This document shows, one piece after another, positions 54,235 to 63,675 of a stretch of 64,000 bases of DNA. A model generated the notes under the pieces. The model worked only from the letters and a program-made list of their open reading frames with translations, did not search any database and was not told the origin of the DNA. Position 1 is the first letter of the stretch. The number at the start of each line of letters is the position of its first letter. This DNA is from a virus. The DNA lies in IMG/VR virus record IMGVR_UViG_3300001846_000239, positions 14,281 to 78,280 of that record, one strand, 5' to 3'. The translations under genes and the position numbers were made by a program.

Positions 54235-54456
54235 ATGGAAAGTAAAATTGTGGGAAGACCAGTGCATAATCCTGTACTGGCAGTTATGGAAATCCCACTG
54301 AATAGTAAAGAGCTAGTAGAGCTAGCCATATCAAAAGAGATCGATGCGTGGGATATCCTTTGCGAAAAACTTAAAGATCAAGGTTACATGGATCCAAGAG
54401 GTAATATGCACATAGATTATTTAGTAATTAATGGTATAAGGAAGGTGTTTCACTAA
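54235..54456 (+). CDS. Hypothetical protein
   Basis: ATG 54235 after AAGGAG. Confidence 0.55.
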   Translation: MESKIVGRPVHNPVLAVMEIPLNSKELVELAISKEIDAWDILCEKLKDQGYMDPRGNMHIDYLVINGIRKVFH

Positions 54457-55049
54457 TGAAAAAGAATATGAAAGATAACATAATTTTAGTAGATTGTGAT
54501 GGAGTTTTATGTGATTGGGAATACTCATTTACCCAATACATGAATCATAAAGGATATCCAACAGTTGATGATCAACAATATAATGTTGCGAAAAGGTTCG
54601 GTCTAACTCTAGAACAAGGTAAAGCCTTTGTTGCGGAGTTTAATGATTCGGCTGCTATTGCGTTTTTGCCTCCTTTGAGGGACGCGGTATATTATATGAA
54701 AAGATTGAATATGTTGCATGGATATAGGTTCCATTGTATCACATCTTTGTCTACAAATAAGTATGCACAAAAGCTAAGAATCCAAAATTTAGAATTACTA
54801 TTTGGTAAAGAATTATGGGATGATTTTATCTTCCTCGGATGTGGTGAAGATAAAGATGAAGAACTGGCTAAGTACAAAGATACTAATTGCTGGTGGATTG
54901 AAGATAAGCCTGTGAATGCTGAAGTTGGTGAAATGTTTGGTTTAGATCCAATCATTGTTGCGCATGATCATAATGCTTATTACAAAGGCGATATTCCTAG
55001 ATACTGGAAGTGGAAGGATATATATAAACATATAACTGGAGAAATCTAA
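54456..55049 (+). CDS. HAD-superfamily nucleotidase-like protein
   Basis: DCDGVL, IT, K, IEDK. Confidence 0.82.
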   Translation: MKKNMKDNIILVDCDGVLCDWEYSFTQYMNHKGYPTVDDQQYNVAKRFGLTLEQGKAFVAEFNDSAAIAFLPPLRDAVYYMKRLNMLHGYRFHCITSLSTNKYAQKLRIQNLELLFGKELWDDFIFLGCGEDKDEELAKYKDTNCWWIEDKPVNAEVGEMFGLDPIIVAHDHNAYYKGDIPRYWKWKDIYKHITGEI

Positions 55050-55219
55050 TGCCTGTAAAATTTAAAGAAACTGTAAAAAATAGAGACGGATCCGTACAAA
55101 ACTATTATATGAGATCTACACCAACTGATGAGTTAATTGAGGCATTGGAAAATCACAACACTCCAAAAAAGAAGAAGCAAAAAATTCGTAATGAATTAAT
55201 TAAACGTGGCCATGCTTAA
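55049..55219 (+). CDS. Small basic hypothetical protein (56 aa)
   Basis: Read by hand; TAATG coupling; KIRNEL.KRG end. Confidence 0.55.
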   Translation: MPVKFKETVKNRDGSVQNYYMRSTPTDELIEALENHNTPKKKKQKIRNELIKRGHA

Positions 55220-55394
55220 AAAATGGTGGAGAATATGGGCTAAGAGCCTGGGCGAGAAAGTCGGAGAAACTGATAAACAAGCAAATACCATTGCTGCTAT
55301 ACGAACAGTATGGTGGATTACACACATGGCAACTTGCTTGTTTATTATATTAAATGCCATAGCCAATCATGGTTGGGCATTATTTGGATTATGA
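55212..55394 (+). CDS. Small membrane protein
   Basis: W..WAK.LGEK....D..A...A.IRT + TM. Confidence 0.6.
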   Translation: MLKKWWRIWAKSLGEKVGETDKQANTIAAIRTVWWITHMATCLFIILNAIANHGWALFGL

Positions 55395-55504
55395 AAATAA
55401 ATATTAATATTGAAATAGATACGGAAAATTCCCAAGACATATCAACAATAGAAGAACTGATTGAAGCGCTAAAACAATTAAAGCTTCAATCAGAATCAGA
55501 GTAA
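55391..55504 (+). CDS. Small hypothetical protein
   Basis: MKININIEIDTE; ATGA overlap. Confidence 0.45.
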   Translation: MKININIEIDTENSQDISTIEELIEALKQLKLQSESE

Positions 55505-55528
55505 TTTGAAAATTAGCTTTTCTTTATG

Positions 55529-55536
55529 TATAAATA
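55529..55536 (+). promoter_or_regulatory. T4-type late promoter
   Basis: TATAAATA then SD AAGGAG. Confidence 0.75.
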
Positions 55537-55554
55537 ACAGTAAAGGAGAGTTAT

Positions 55555-55818
55555 ATGAGCGAATTATTAGACTTTGATTTCGGCTTTACGGCTGTCGATG
55601 AAGACGAGCTGGAGGCTGTACAATCCGTAAAAAATGAAGCTTCAGATGCTTCTGCAACCGCACAAGAATTAGAGGATAAGTTAAATAGACTTTATAACTC
55701 AATTCTTCCTTTACTTACAAATTTAAAAAAGAATCCAGAAAAAGAATATATTCTTTGGCCGAATAGAGTCGAGAAGATAGAACAATTTGAAGATTTAATA
55801 TCGGGGATAATAAAGTAA
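55555..55818 (+). CDS. Conserved late hypothetical protein
   Basis: DFDFGFTAV, I.PLL.NL.KNPEK.YI.WPNR. Confidence 0.65.
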   Translation: MSELLDFDFGFTAVDEDELEAVQSVKNEASDASATAQELEDKLNRLYNSILPLLTNLKKNPEKEYILWPNRVEKIEQFEDLISGIIK

Positions 55819-57968
55819 TGGCATATATGAATGCATCAGGTGCTATTGGCCTGAAAGACGCTGGGTATGACTATACATCTGATTGGGAAGCCTTAAGCAC
55901 GACGATAACTAGTGGTTCTAGAAGTATTGAAATGAACGTAGCAGTTTATTACTCATGTATACCACAAAGTAGTGGATATACAGCTATTCATCGTGGAGCG
56001 GCTGGAGCAATGTATGGTTATGCGTTATCTTTGGATACAAGTCATGCTGATATCCAACTTGGATATTCGGTTCATAGAGGCGCCGTAGCCGCTGGTTCTG
56101 GTACATTTTACTCGTCAGATCTAGGAACTAATATTTACGGTTCAGATTACCGAAGCAGCGCTGGATATACTACTAGTAATTGGACGCACCGATCATGGCC
56201 CGAATCTACAAATGCCAATGAAGCTATTTGTCCGGCAAATATTTCATGTTTTTCTTCTATATCTGGATTATATTCTAGTTCGGGTTCTGCAATAGGTTCT
56301 CTTGGTTCAGGATGGAATGGAACATATACATCTGAAAATGGTACAGGATGGAAAGTAACTCAAATATTATGGCATCAAGATACTGTTACATCAGCAGGTA
56401 CAAATAAGACATGGGAAAATATAAGTGGTGGCACTTTATATGGAGGAACCCATAATACTTCTACAGATGCTGGTAACTTTTTTACAATATCAATGAAAAG
56501 AACAGATGGTGGAACAATTACCAGTTCGGATATCGCGGCTGAAGATACATTTAAAAAAATTCTAATGGGTAACCAATATTTTTATCATTATAATTGTGAT
56601 AGTATTATCTACAGTGGTTCTTACATTAATTTCAGATGGAAGATAACTGATGCCGTAAGAGCTTCGATCGGTAGTACAGGTAGTAAAACATTTAAAATAT
56701 ATGGTAATACTCAGACACCTAAAAATGGAATTGCTGAACTTCATGGCGGTAATGATACAACCAACATTGCTCTTTCAGAGTATTATAGCGGTGGAGCATA
56801 TACGCATAGTTCTAATACTAGTGTACCAACTAGTGGCGCGATATCTATGGGTGATTTTTATGATACTATACACGGCGATCCAACTTACATGAATACATCT
56901 AACATTAATATAACCGCTGGGTTTAATGAGATTCATGGTGGTGGATCAACAACACAACGTGCTGGAACCAGAGCTGACGTTACGTTTAAGCCAACTGGCA
57001 TAGATATAAATTTTAGGGATTATGATACAACCTCTAGCTATCTCGATTATACTGCCAATATATTATTTAGTGGTGGACGGGATTCAATGCCTGGAACAAT
57101 AACTCCGGAAGATGGTACTTATATTACTTCAATAAGAATGCGTTGGAGACTTCATAATTATGGAGTAGATCATACTGGAACAAGCGGCGGTGGTACTAGG
57201 ACGACCTATATGTATGGTCATGATTCGGGTACAGGATATACATGGATCGACTCTGATTGGTCCGAGTCTTTATCTGCTCATACACCAAATAATACAAGTG
57301 TATATAGTTCTTGGAGAACATATAGCTTTCCTAATGGAATTACTAGTAACCAAAATCGTACTATAGGCTTAGAATGCCGGGCAAACGCAGGCGGTCCTAA
57401 TGGTGTAAATGTTGCGGTCTCACAATTATATGCTAATAGCGGAGGATATTTCCGATTAGAAATTGAGGTATTTAGTGAAGGTACTTCTGATACAATAACT
57501 TATACAAGAAATTATGTTGATAGTAATACTCCTAAGCTTTCTGCACAATCGACTGATTCTAATTTCTCATGTATTTTACCTGATACAATTGTTGAAGAAT
57601 GTACAAAAGGATTTATCCCAGCAAGCGAGGTTGAACAAGGAGACAAAATAAAAGCTAAAGGCGATTTAAATGATCCAACAGTTGAAGACCAATATGTTCG
57701 TGTGTTAGGTATAGAAGAGCATCCTAGATCAGGTTATTATGATCTTATGGGAGTTGGTATTACAGGAGATCACCCGATTAGATTACTAAATGCTAATGAA
57801 TGGATTAAAGTCGAAGACTTAAATGATGATGTTGACTGTGAATATGTAGAAGAATCTTGTACTCCTTTGTATATAAGAACTGCCCCGGGTTGGTTCTACG
57901 TATATCATCCAGGTGATGATTATATGAAAACAACTGTGAGCGGCGATTATGCGCAAGGATCTGATTAA
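55818..57968 (+). CDS. Ser/Thr/Gly-rich fibre-like virion protein with C-terminal Hint domain
   Basis: EYY...VP.SG.IS..DFY module at aa ~305-350; from Cys585 CILPDTIV....G......V..GD Hint block A. Confidence 0.6.
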   Translation: MAYMNASGAIGLKDAGYDYTSDWEALSTTITSGSRSIEMNVAVYYSCIPQSSGYTAIHRGAAGAMYGYALSLDTSHADIQLGYSVHRGAVAAGSGTFYSSDLGTNIYGSDYRSSAGYTTSNWTHRSWPESTNANEAICPANISCFSSISGLYSSSGSAIGSLGSGWNGTYTSENGTGWKVTQILWHQDTVTSAGTNKTWENISGGTLYGGTHNTSTDAGNFFTISMKRTDGGTITSSDIAAEDTFKKILMGNQYFYHYNCDSIIYSGSYINFRWKITDAVRASIGSTGSKTFKIYGNTQTPKNGIAELHGGNDTTNIALSEYYSGGAYTHSSNTSVPTSGAISMGDFYDTIHGDPTYMNTSNINITAGFNEIHGGGSTTQRAGTRADVTFKPTGIDINFRDYDTTSSYLDYTANILFSGGRDSMPGTITPEDGTYITSIRMRWRLHNYGVDHTGTSGGGTRTTYMYGHDSGTGYTWIDSDWSESLSAHTPNNTSVYSSWRTYSFPNGITSNQNRTIGLECRANAGGPNGVNVAVSQLYANSGGYFRLEIEVFSEGTSDTITYTRNYVDSNTPKLSAQSTDSNFSCILPDTIVEECTKGFIPASEVEQGDKIKAKGDLNDPTVEDQYVRVLGIEEHPRSGYYDLMGVGITGDHPIRLLNANEWIKVEDLNDDVDCEYVEESCTPLYIRTAPGWFYVYHPGDDYMKTTVSGDYAQGSD

Positions 57969-58404
57969 ATATTTAATAGAAGATTGTAATCTCATTGAGA
58001 GGTTCCCTGGACATAAAATCTATAAATGGGGAACCTACGGTGAACCAGGAGCCAGTGATTTAGATATAGTTTTTGTGGGAGAGATATCTAAAAACGTCGC
58101 TCTTGATATACGTGACATTTGGCTAAATGCCGATGTCGGATTAGATTTAGATATAACAATATTGCCGGATCATACATTGTTTAATCATATAGATCGATTT
58201 AATGAATGTAAAGATGATCTATATTTTTTTAATGAAACGATTATAAGATATAAATTATGGCCATTATCTAATAATGATGTTCATGGAAGAATAATTGAAG
58301 ATAAAGGTGTTTATTGGAAAGTGACTCAAATGTTTGCAAATAAAGCATTTAAGTATAAAGATAAAGGATGGCCAAAACCGATATTATTGAAAGATTATGT
58401 TTGA
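57949..58404 (+). CDS. Pol beta-type minimal nucleotidyltransferase-like protein
   Basis: WGTYGEPGASDLDIV (GS..SDxD) and later DLDI. Confidence 0.55.
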   Translation: MRKDLIKYLIEDCNLIERFPGHKIYKWGTYGEPGASDLDIVFVGEISKNVALDIRDIWLNADVGLDLDITILPDHTLFNHIDRFNECKDDLYFFNETIIRYKLWPLSNNDVHGRIIEDKGVYWKVTQMFANKAFKYKDKGWPKPILLKDYV

Positions 58405-59011
58405 TATAGATTATTTAAGAAAGAATATTATTAGTGAGAAATGGCCAGTAGAAACTGGAATAGGATCTCCGCCTCAACCATATTATCATGGTTTAGGTTG
58501 TATAAGATTAGCAATGAAGGATAAAAGTTTTATTAATTTTTATTCTAAGGACATAGAGGCTGAGACTAAATTTTTACATACTCATAGAGAGAATTTTTGG
58601 TCTAAAAGCTTACATGGAAGCTATAAGAATATATTATACGACGTAGTTCCAACGAATTATGATACAGGTTGGAAACAAGTCAATATAGTATGTCAGTCAG
58701 GTAAAAATCCAACTGATGTATTTAGTAATGTAAAAGTTACTAAAATGGATGAATTTGTATTAGAAGAAGGAAAAGAGCTATTTCATAATTATAGTGATTT
58801 TCATGATATTGAATTATTGACAGATCATGTGATAACTCAAGTAAAATTTGATTTTTCACCACCATATCCTGTCAACTATAGATTTAATATTCTTCCAAAA
58901 TTGGTTGTGCCAAATGAGGCACAAAATATTAACGCTTTGAATAATTATGGAAATGAAGAAAATAACTGGGAAATCATTTCTGGAATTTTAAATAGCATAA
59001 ATAAAACATAA
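58397..59011 (+). CDS. Cupin-like metalloprotein
   Basis: LHTH....S..L.G...N, later FHDI; HxH...H spacing. Confidence 0.45.
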   Translation: MFDIDYLRKNIISEKWPVETGIGSPPQPYYHGLGCIRLAMKDKSFINFYSKDIEAETKFLHTHRENFWSKSLHGSYKNILYDVVPTNYDTGWKQVNIVCQSGKNPTDVFSNVKVTKMDEFVLEEGKELFHNYSDFHDIELLTDHVITQVKFDFSPPYPVNYRFNILPKLVVPNEAQNINALNNYGNEENNWEIISGILNSINKT

Positions 59012-59021
59012 AGGAGAAAAT

Positions 59022-59486
59022 ATGTTTTTCGGTAGAGACAAAGAAATTGATGTGGATCAGTTGAGGGAACAATTGATTATAGATGAGGGACAAGTAAATG
59101 AAATTTATCATGACCATTTGGGTTATGCTACTTTTGGTATTGGACACTTGGTCATTGAAGGAGACCCAGAATATGGGTTACCGGTCGGTACTCCAGTGGC
59201 AGAGGATAGAGTTATTACATGCTTTGAAAAGGATGTAGAAACTGTTATTGATGATTGTAAAAAATTACATGAAGGCTGGGAAGATTATCCTCAAGAAGTA
59301 AAACAGATCATTGCGAACATGATGTTCAACATGGGACTCACGCGCTTGAGTAAATTTAAAAAGCACAACGCAGCGCTGCAATGTGGTGATTGGAAGGAGG
59401 CTGCTGTAGAAGGCAGAGATTCAAGATGGTACAAACAAGTGACGAACAGAGCAGAGAGACTTATGTCGAGACTCGAGGCGGTGTAG
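59022..59486 (+). CDS. T4-type lysozyme (GH24)
   Basis: DEG....Y.D.LGY.TFGIGH, SRWY.QV.NRA.R; CATAAATA at 58996. Confidence 0.9.
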   Translation: MFFGRDKEIDVDQLREQLIIDEGQVNEIYHDHLGYATFGIGHLVIEGDPEYGLPVGTPVAEDRVITCFEKDVETVIDDCKKLHEGWEDYPQEVKQIIANMMFNMGLTRLSKFKKHNAALQCGDWKEAAVEGRDSRWYKQVTNRAERLMSRLEAV

Positions 59487-59606
59487 ATTATTATCACACT
59501 AATAAGCCACAAGAAACTAAAGGCTGGTTTTGGTGTTGTGAAAAACGAGGGTATTTTAGATACTCTGACTGGAATAAAAGTTTAGAAGAAATTTTAGGAG
59601 AAAAAA

Positions 59607-59846
59607 ATGAAAATTAGATTACAAGGTAGTCAAGGAGATCTGACTGCAGCCTCAAATGTAGGCTTTGCAACTGCTGTAAGAGTTTACAATAGCGGCGGAA
59701 CAGATCTAGTATTGACGCAAAAAGAAGGTGCTGCTGTTGTCGGCACAATCACTATTGCTAAATATACCTCTGAAGTAATTGTTAAACAACCTGCTGATAC
59801 CTTAGAAGGCGGCGCGGCATTAAAAGTTGTGTCTATTGCTCAATAA
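59607..59846 (+). CDS. Small beta-rich hypothetical protein
   Basis: SD AGGAG; AT.VR.YN, I.K...D.L. Confidence 0.55.
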   Translation: MKIRLQGSQGDLTAASNVGFATAVRVYNSGGTDLVLTQKEGAAVVGTITIAKYTSEVIVKQPADTLEGGAALKVVSIAQ

Positions 59847-59855
59847 ACATAAGTT

Positions 59856-60152
59856 ATGACTGATGTTTTTGGTATTATAAATGATGTAGGATTACCTATT
59901 GCTGGTGCGATGGCATCCGGCTTTTTTATATTTACCATTATTAAACAAATGTTAGCTGGTGTTCTTGAGCAAATAGACACATTAAATATGTTTACTAAAA
60001 GCTTAGAGAATCGAGCTCGCACTATGAACAACGAGATTATAAAAATCGATATGTTAGTTTCTAGTGCATTGGAATTAACTCCACCTACAGATAGGATAGC
60101 GAGGGCGGAAAACTTTGTCGAAGACGGCAAAATAGATACTAGACGGGATTAA
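59856..60152 (+). CDS. Single-TM coiled-coil membrane protein (paralog A)
   Basis: GLPIAGAMASGFFIFTIIK TM then amphipathic helix. Confidence 0.65.
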   Translation: MTDVFGIINDVGLPIAGAMASGFFIFTIIKQMLAGVLEQIDTLNMFTKSLENRARTMNNEIIKIDMLVSSALELTPPTDRIARAENFVEDGKIDTRRD

Positions 60153-60154
60153 TT

Positions 60155-60436
60155 ATGGAATCCTTAAATCCCGTTGAGTTGATAGAACAATATGGTTTTA
60201 CTACTGTAGCTATTGTAGCTATGGGGTATTTTGTGTATTTCGTTTGGAAATATGTTAATGAACAATTGAATCCCAAACTAGAAGAAATGCACATGGGCCT
60301 TATTCGACTAATAGATCAAATTAGGATGCTTGATCAAGATATGATTAGACTACAAGAAAAAGTGAAAGTAGTTTTGGAGTATAGGGAAAGACAAAAACAA
60401 ATGAGTGAAAATAAAAATGAAGAGAGTAAAAAATAG
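60155..60436 (+). CDS. Single-TM coiled-coil membrane protein (paralog B)
   Basis: GFTTVAIVAMGYFVYFVWK TM; LIDQIRMLDQD.IRL. Confidence 0.65.
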   Translation: MESLNPVELIEQYGFTTVAIVAMGYFVYFVWKYVNEQLNPKLEEMHMGLIRLIDQIRMLDQDMIRLQEKVKVVLEYRERQKQMSENKNEESKK

Positions 60437-60911
60437 TATAGTATTATCATGCGCGTTTATCATGATATCTGGGATAGTTCATTCCCAAGAAATCGTACAC
60501 GAGTTTAAAAATCCATCTTTTAGTGGTATAGGAACTGGTGCACATTATCTTACAATTGAAAACCAAGAACATAGTAGGAAAAAAGCTATTGAGGATGCTT
60601 TGGAAGCCGCAAGAAAAGCTGCTGAAAGAGCTGAAGAAAATACAACACTAGCTAAGTTTATTCGTAACTTAGAAAGTAGAATATATGCTCAAATGGCTAA
60701 GCAATTAGTTGAATCTATGTTTTCTAATGATAATGCTGTAAGGTTTGGTTCATTTACATTGGAAGGATCAATCATTACTTATGAAGTAATCACCAATGAT
60801 GATGGTACAGAATTTATTAAAATGACCATTACAGGTGAAGATGGATCGGAAACAATAATCGAAATACCAGTAGGATCTGGCAATTTCGGCCAGGATCCAG
60901 ACAATGGCTAG
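60417..60911 (+). CDS. csgF: Curli assembly protein CsgF-like
   Basis: Signal peptide then EIVHEFKNPSFSG; F..NLESRIYAQ...QL. Confidence 0.75.
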   Translation: MKRVKNSIVLSCAFIMISGIVHSQEIVHEFKNPSFSGIGTGAHYLTIENQEHSRKKAIEDALEAARKAAERAEENTTLAKFIRNLESRIYAQMAKQLVESMFSNDNAVRFGSFTLEGSIITYEVITNDDGTEFIKMTITGEDGSETIIEIPVGSGNFGQDPDNG

Positions 60912-61845
60912 AATTTTACTATTAGTTTTATTTTTGAGCGGATGTTCATCAATGCCTCAGTGGAGTCCTAATCCACAGGATTGTACACCTCCAGAAATAA
61001 AAGATGTTGTAACATTAGCACAACAAGTAAAACGTAAATATATTTGTGTTGATATGCCTGAAGTAGTTAAACTACCAGCATACGTAGAATTATTAAATGT
61101 ACCGCCGGCAAAAGAAATGCCAGTTGTTGCGGTATACGGTTTTACCGATAAAACGGGACAAAGAAAAGCTCGTGATGGTATTGCAGATTTTTCAACTGCA
61201 GTAACTCAAGGTGGAACCGAAATGTTAATTGATGCTTTGAAGACTGCCGGTGGTGGTACGTGGTTCAGAGTTGTTGAAAGACAAGGAATCGATAATCTTA
61301 TAAGAGAAAGACAAATAGTAAGGTCTACTCGAGAAGATGTCGCTAAAGCCCAGGGGACTGAGGCAAAAGGAGTTGGACCACTTCTATTCGCAGGAATGAT
61401 AATAGAAGGTGGAATAATTGGTTATGATTCTAATATCGAAACTGGAGGTCGAGGCGCAAGAACTCTAGGAATCGGTTTTAGTAAACAATATCGTAAGGAC
61501 GTTGTAACAGTTTCTATAAGAGCGGTTTCTGTTTTAACGGGTGAAGTATTATTGAATGTCCAAAGTAGGAAATCGGTATTATCCTACGGATCAGGCGGGG
61601 ATGTGTTTAGGTTTATTGAACAGGGAACACAGCTTGTCGAATACGAGGACGGGGTGGGTAATAATGAGTCGGTGACATACGCGGTACGAACAGCTATTGA
61701 AGCTGGCGTGCTGGAACTAATATACCAGGGTCATGACCGTAAATTCTGGGATTTAACAGAGGGCCACCGTCATCCACACCAAAGGGATGGTAAGAATGAT
61801 AGGCACTCACAAAATGAGGAAAACAAAAATGAAGAAACTAATTAG
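60904..61845 (+). CDS. csgG: Curli secretion channel CsgG-like lipoprotein
   Basis: Lipobox FLSGC; VAVYGF.DKTGQ, STAVTQG, WFRVVER.G..NL..ERQI, GGIIGYD. Confidence 0.9.
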   Translation: MARILLLVLFLSGCSSMPQWSPNPQDCTPPEIKDVVTLAQQVKRKYICVDMPEVVKLPAYVELLNVPPAKEMPVVAVYGFTDKTGQRKARDGIADFSTAVTQGGTEMLIDALKTAGGGTWFRVVERQGIDNLIRERQIVRSTREDVAKAQGTEAKGVGPLLFAGMIIEGGIIGYDSNIETGGRGARTLGIGFSKQYRKDVVTVSIRAVSVLTGEVLLNVQSRKSVLSYGSGGDVFRFIEQGTQLVEYEDGVGNNESVTYAVRTAIEAGVLELIYQGHDRKFWDLTEGHRHPHQRDGKNDRHSQNEENKNEETN

Positions 61846-62563
61846 TATAGTTTTACTATTGTCGACATCATTCGTTTTTGCACAAGCCACAGATGATAAT
61901 GAAATCATGATCGAACAAAGTGGTGACACTTTGACATTATATATTGATCAAATTGGATATGGTAACAAAATTGGACTTGACGATTTTTCATCTTCAGGTT
62001 CTGATATGACTATCACAGGTTCAGGTTTAACATTTGACCTTGATATGATTGGTAATCAAAATTTAATTTATGGCCCAGTTGTCATGGATTCATCTTCTTT
62101 GACTTTCTCTTTAACGGGAGATTCAAATGAGGTGGACTGGAATATCGGCTATATCGGTAGTTCAGACGATTCTGATTATAATTTTGACATAACTGGCGAT
62201 TCAAATACATTTGATATCGATCAGGGATATGTTTACAGTGCGGAAAGATTAGATGCTGACTTAATATTAGTTGGTAGTTCTAATGTATTTGATTTAGATT
62301 TTGAATCTGATGATAGTACATGGAATTTTGATATTACTGGTTCAAGCAATAATATTAATACACTTCAAAACGATGGAGCTCAATCACTTACAGTTGTATA
62401 TGATGGAGATTCTGGTGATATTGATATTAATCAAATCAGTGGTACTTGTGCTACTGGTGCAAGTGTTGCTTGTTCAAGTCCAAATGCAACTATTAATTTA
62501 GATATTACATCTGACAATGCAACAATACAAATCAATCAAAAAGATTCTGCAGGCGATTCATAA
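61829..62563 (+). CDS. Secreted curlin-like beta-solenoid repeat protein
   Basis: Signal peptide; I.Q.G...L.I.Q.G.GN start; GxxN repeats every ~22-26 aa. Confidence 0.6.
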   Translation: MKKLISIVLLLSTSFVFAQATDDNEIMIEQSGDTLTLYIDQIGYGNKIGLDDFSSSGSDMTITGSGLTFDLDMIGNQNLIYGPVVMDSSSLTFSLTGDSNEVDWNIGYIGSSDDSDYNFDITGDSNTFDIDQGYVYSAERLDADLILVGSSNVFDLDFESDDSTWNFDITGSSNNINTLQNDGAQSLTVVYDGDSGDIDINQISGTCATGASVACSSPNATINLDITSDNATIQINQKDSAGDS

Positions 62564-63668
62564 TACGCGTCTAACGGCGACGATTAGGAATACTCTGTTA
62601 CTTTTATTGGTTTACACCAATGGGGTCAAAGCTGACTCCATTGGTGACATTGTTGAATCAACTGGTATAGGTTCTATTCTTAGGAACAATATAGAAATAC
62701 CGCACGAAACAAATACATCAATTGAGCTAAACGATGAAGCTCGAACTGGTAATGGCCGTATGTTAATTATGTTTTTGGATAAAGCAGAATTAGCATTAAG
62801 AGAACATTCTGAAGTAATAATTGATGAGATATATTACGACCCAGATCCTTCATTATCAAAAATGAGTATGAAGTTTACGATGGGTACAGCAAGATTTGCT
62901 TCGGGTAGATTAGGATTAGTTAATAAAGCTAATATTGATATTACCACACCTACAGCATCAATTGCTGTAAGAGGAACAGACTTTACTACAACAGTAGATG
63001 AGATAGGTCGGTCACTTATAATTTTATTGCCAGATGACAAAGGTAATCCATCTGGTGAAATTACTGTTACAAATAAAGGTGGAACAGTAACGCTAAATCA
63101 AGCATATCAAGCAACAATGGTATCTTCTTTAGATAGTAGACCAACACAAGCAGTTAAAGTAAATGGTATTACCCCAGCTTTAATTGATAATATGTTTATT
63201 GTATCTCCACCAAAAGAAGTGGAAGATAAAATAAAAGAAGAAATGGCCGAGGAAAGAGATGAAGATAGAGGTCTATTAGATGTAGACTATTTGGCCTTTG
63301 AAGAATTAGAAAAAGACGAATTAGAAGAAACAACTGAAGATTTAGAGTTTAGTGAATTAGATATCGATGAGCTAGATGTAGAATATTTAGTTGATGTATT
63401 GGATATAATTGATTCCTCTGACCTTTTTGATACTCTTGGAGAGTTTGATATTAAAGGTGCAGCACGAGGATTCAATGACGAATCACAATACAATGTTTAT
63501 TTACAAGACGGAGATTTAGTATTATATAGAAATGTAAATGGACTAATAAGAATTAAATTTGCGGCAGGAGGTAACTTTACTCTTGACACAAATACGCCAA
63601 CATGGAGTGGTGCAATAACAGGTAATGATGCCGAGGATGTATACATTTATATAAATCAACAGAACTGA
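62517..63668 (+). CDS. FecR-domain exported protein
   Basis: D...TG.G...I.F.D, I.TPTA.I.VRGTDF; true start uncertain. Confidence 0.78.
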   Translation: MQQYKSIKKILQAIHNTRLTATIRNTLLLLLVYTNGVKADSIGDIVESTGIGSILRNNIEIPHETNTSIELNDEARTGNGRMLIMFLDKAELALREHSEVIIDEIYYDPDPSLSKMSMKFTMGTARFASGRLGLVNKANIDITTPTASIAVRGTDFTTTVDEIGRSLIILLPDDKGNPSGEITVTNKGGTVTLNQAYQATMVSSLDSRPTQAVKVNGITPALIDNMFIVSPPKEVEDKIKEEMAEERDEDRGLLDVDYLAFEELEKDELEETTEDLEFSELDIDELDVEYLVDVLDIIDSSDLFDTLGEFDIKGAARGFNDESQYNVYLQDGDLVLYRNVNGLIRIKFAAGGNFTLDTNTPTWSGAITGNDAEDVYIYINQQN

Positions 63669-63675
63669 GGTGATT

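Noticed and set aside
59390-59617. 75-aa ORF overlapping the lysozyme end
   Set aside because: The start lies deep inside the lysozyme, and I found no good start codon for the free-standing part. It could still be a small gene but is unsupported.
1341-63493. Many 60-120 aa ORF-track calls on the minus strand or in alternate plus frames
   Set aside because: They lie wholly within well-supported plus-strand genes, lack SD/promoter context and show no motifs; they are shadow ORFs.
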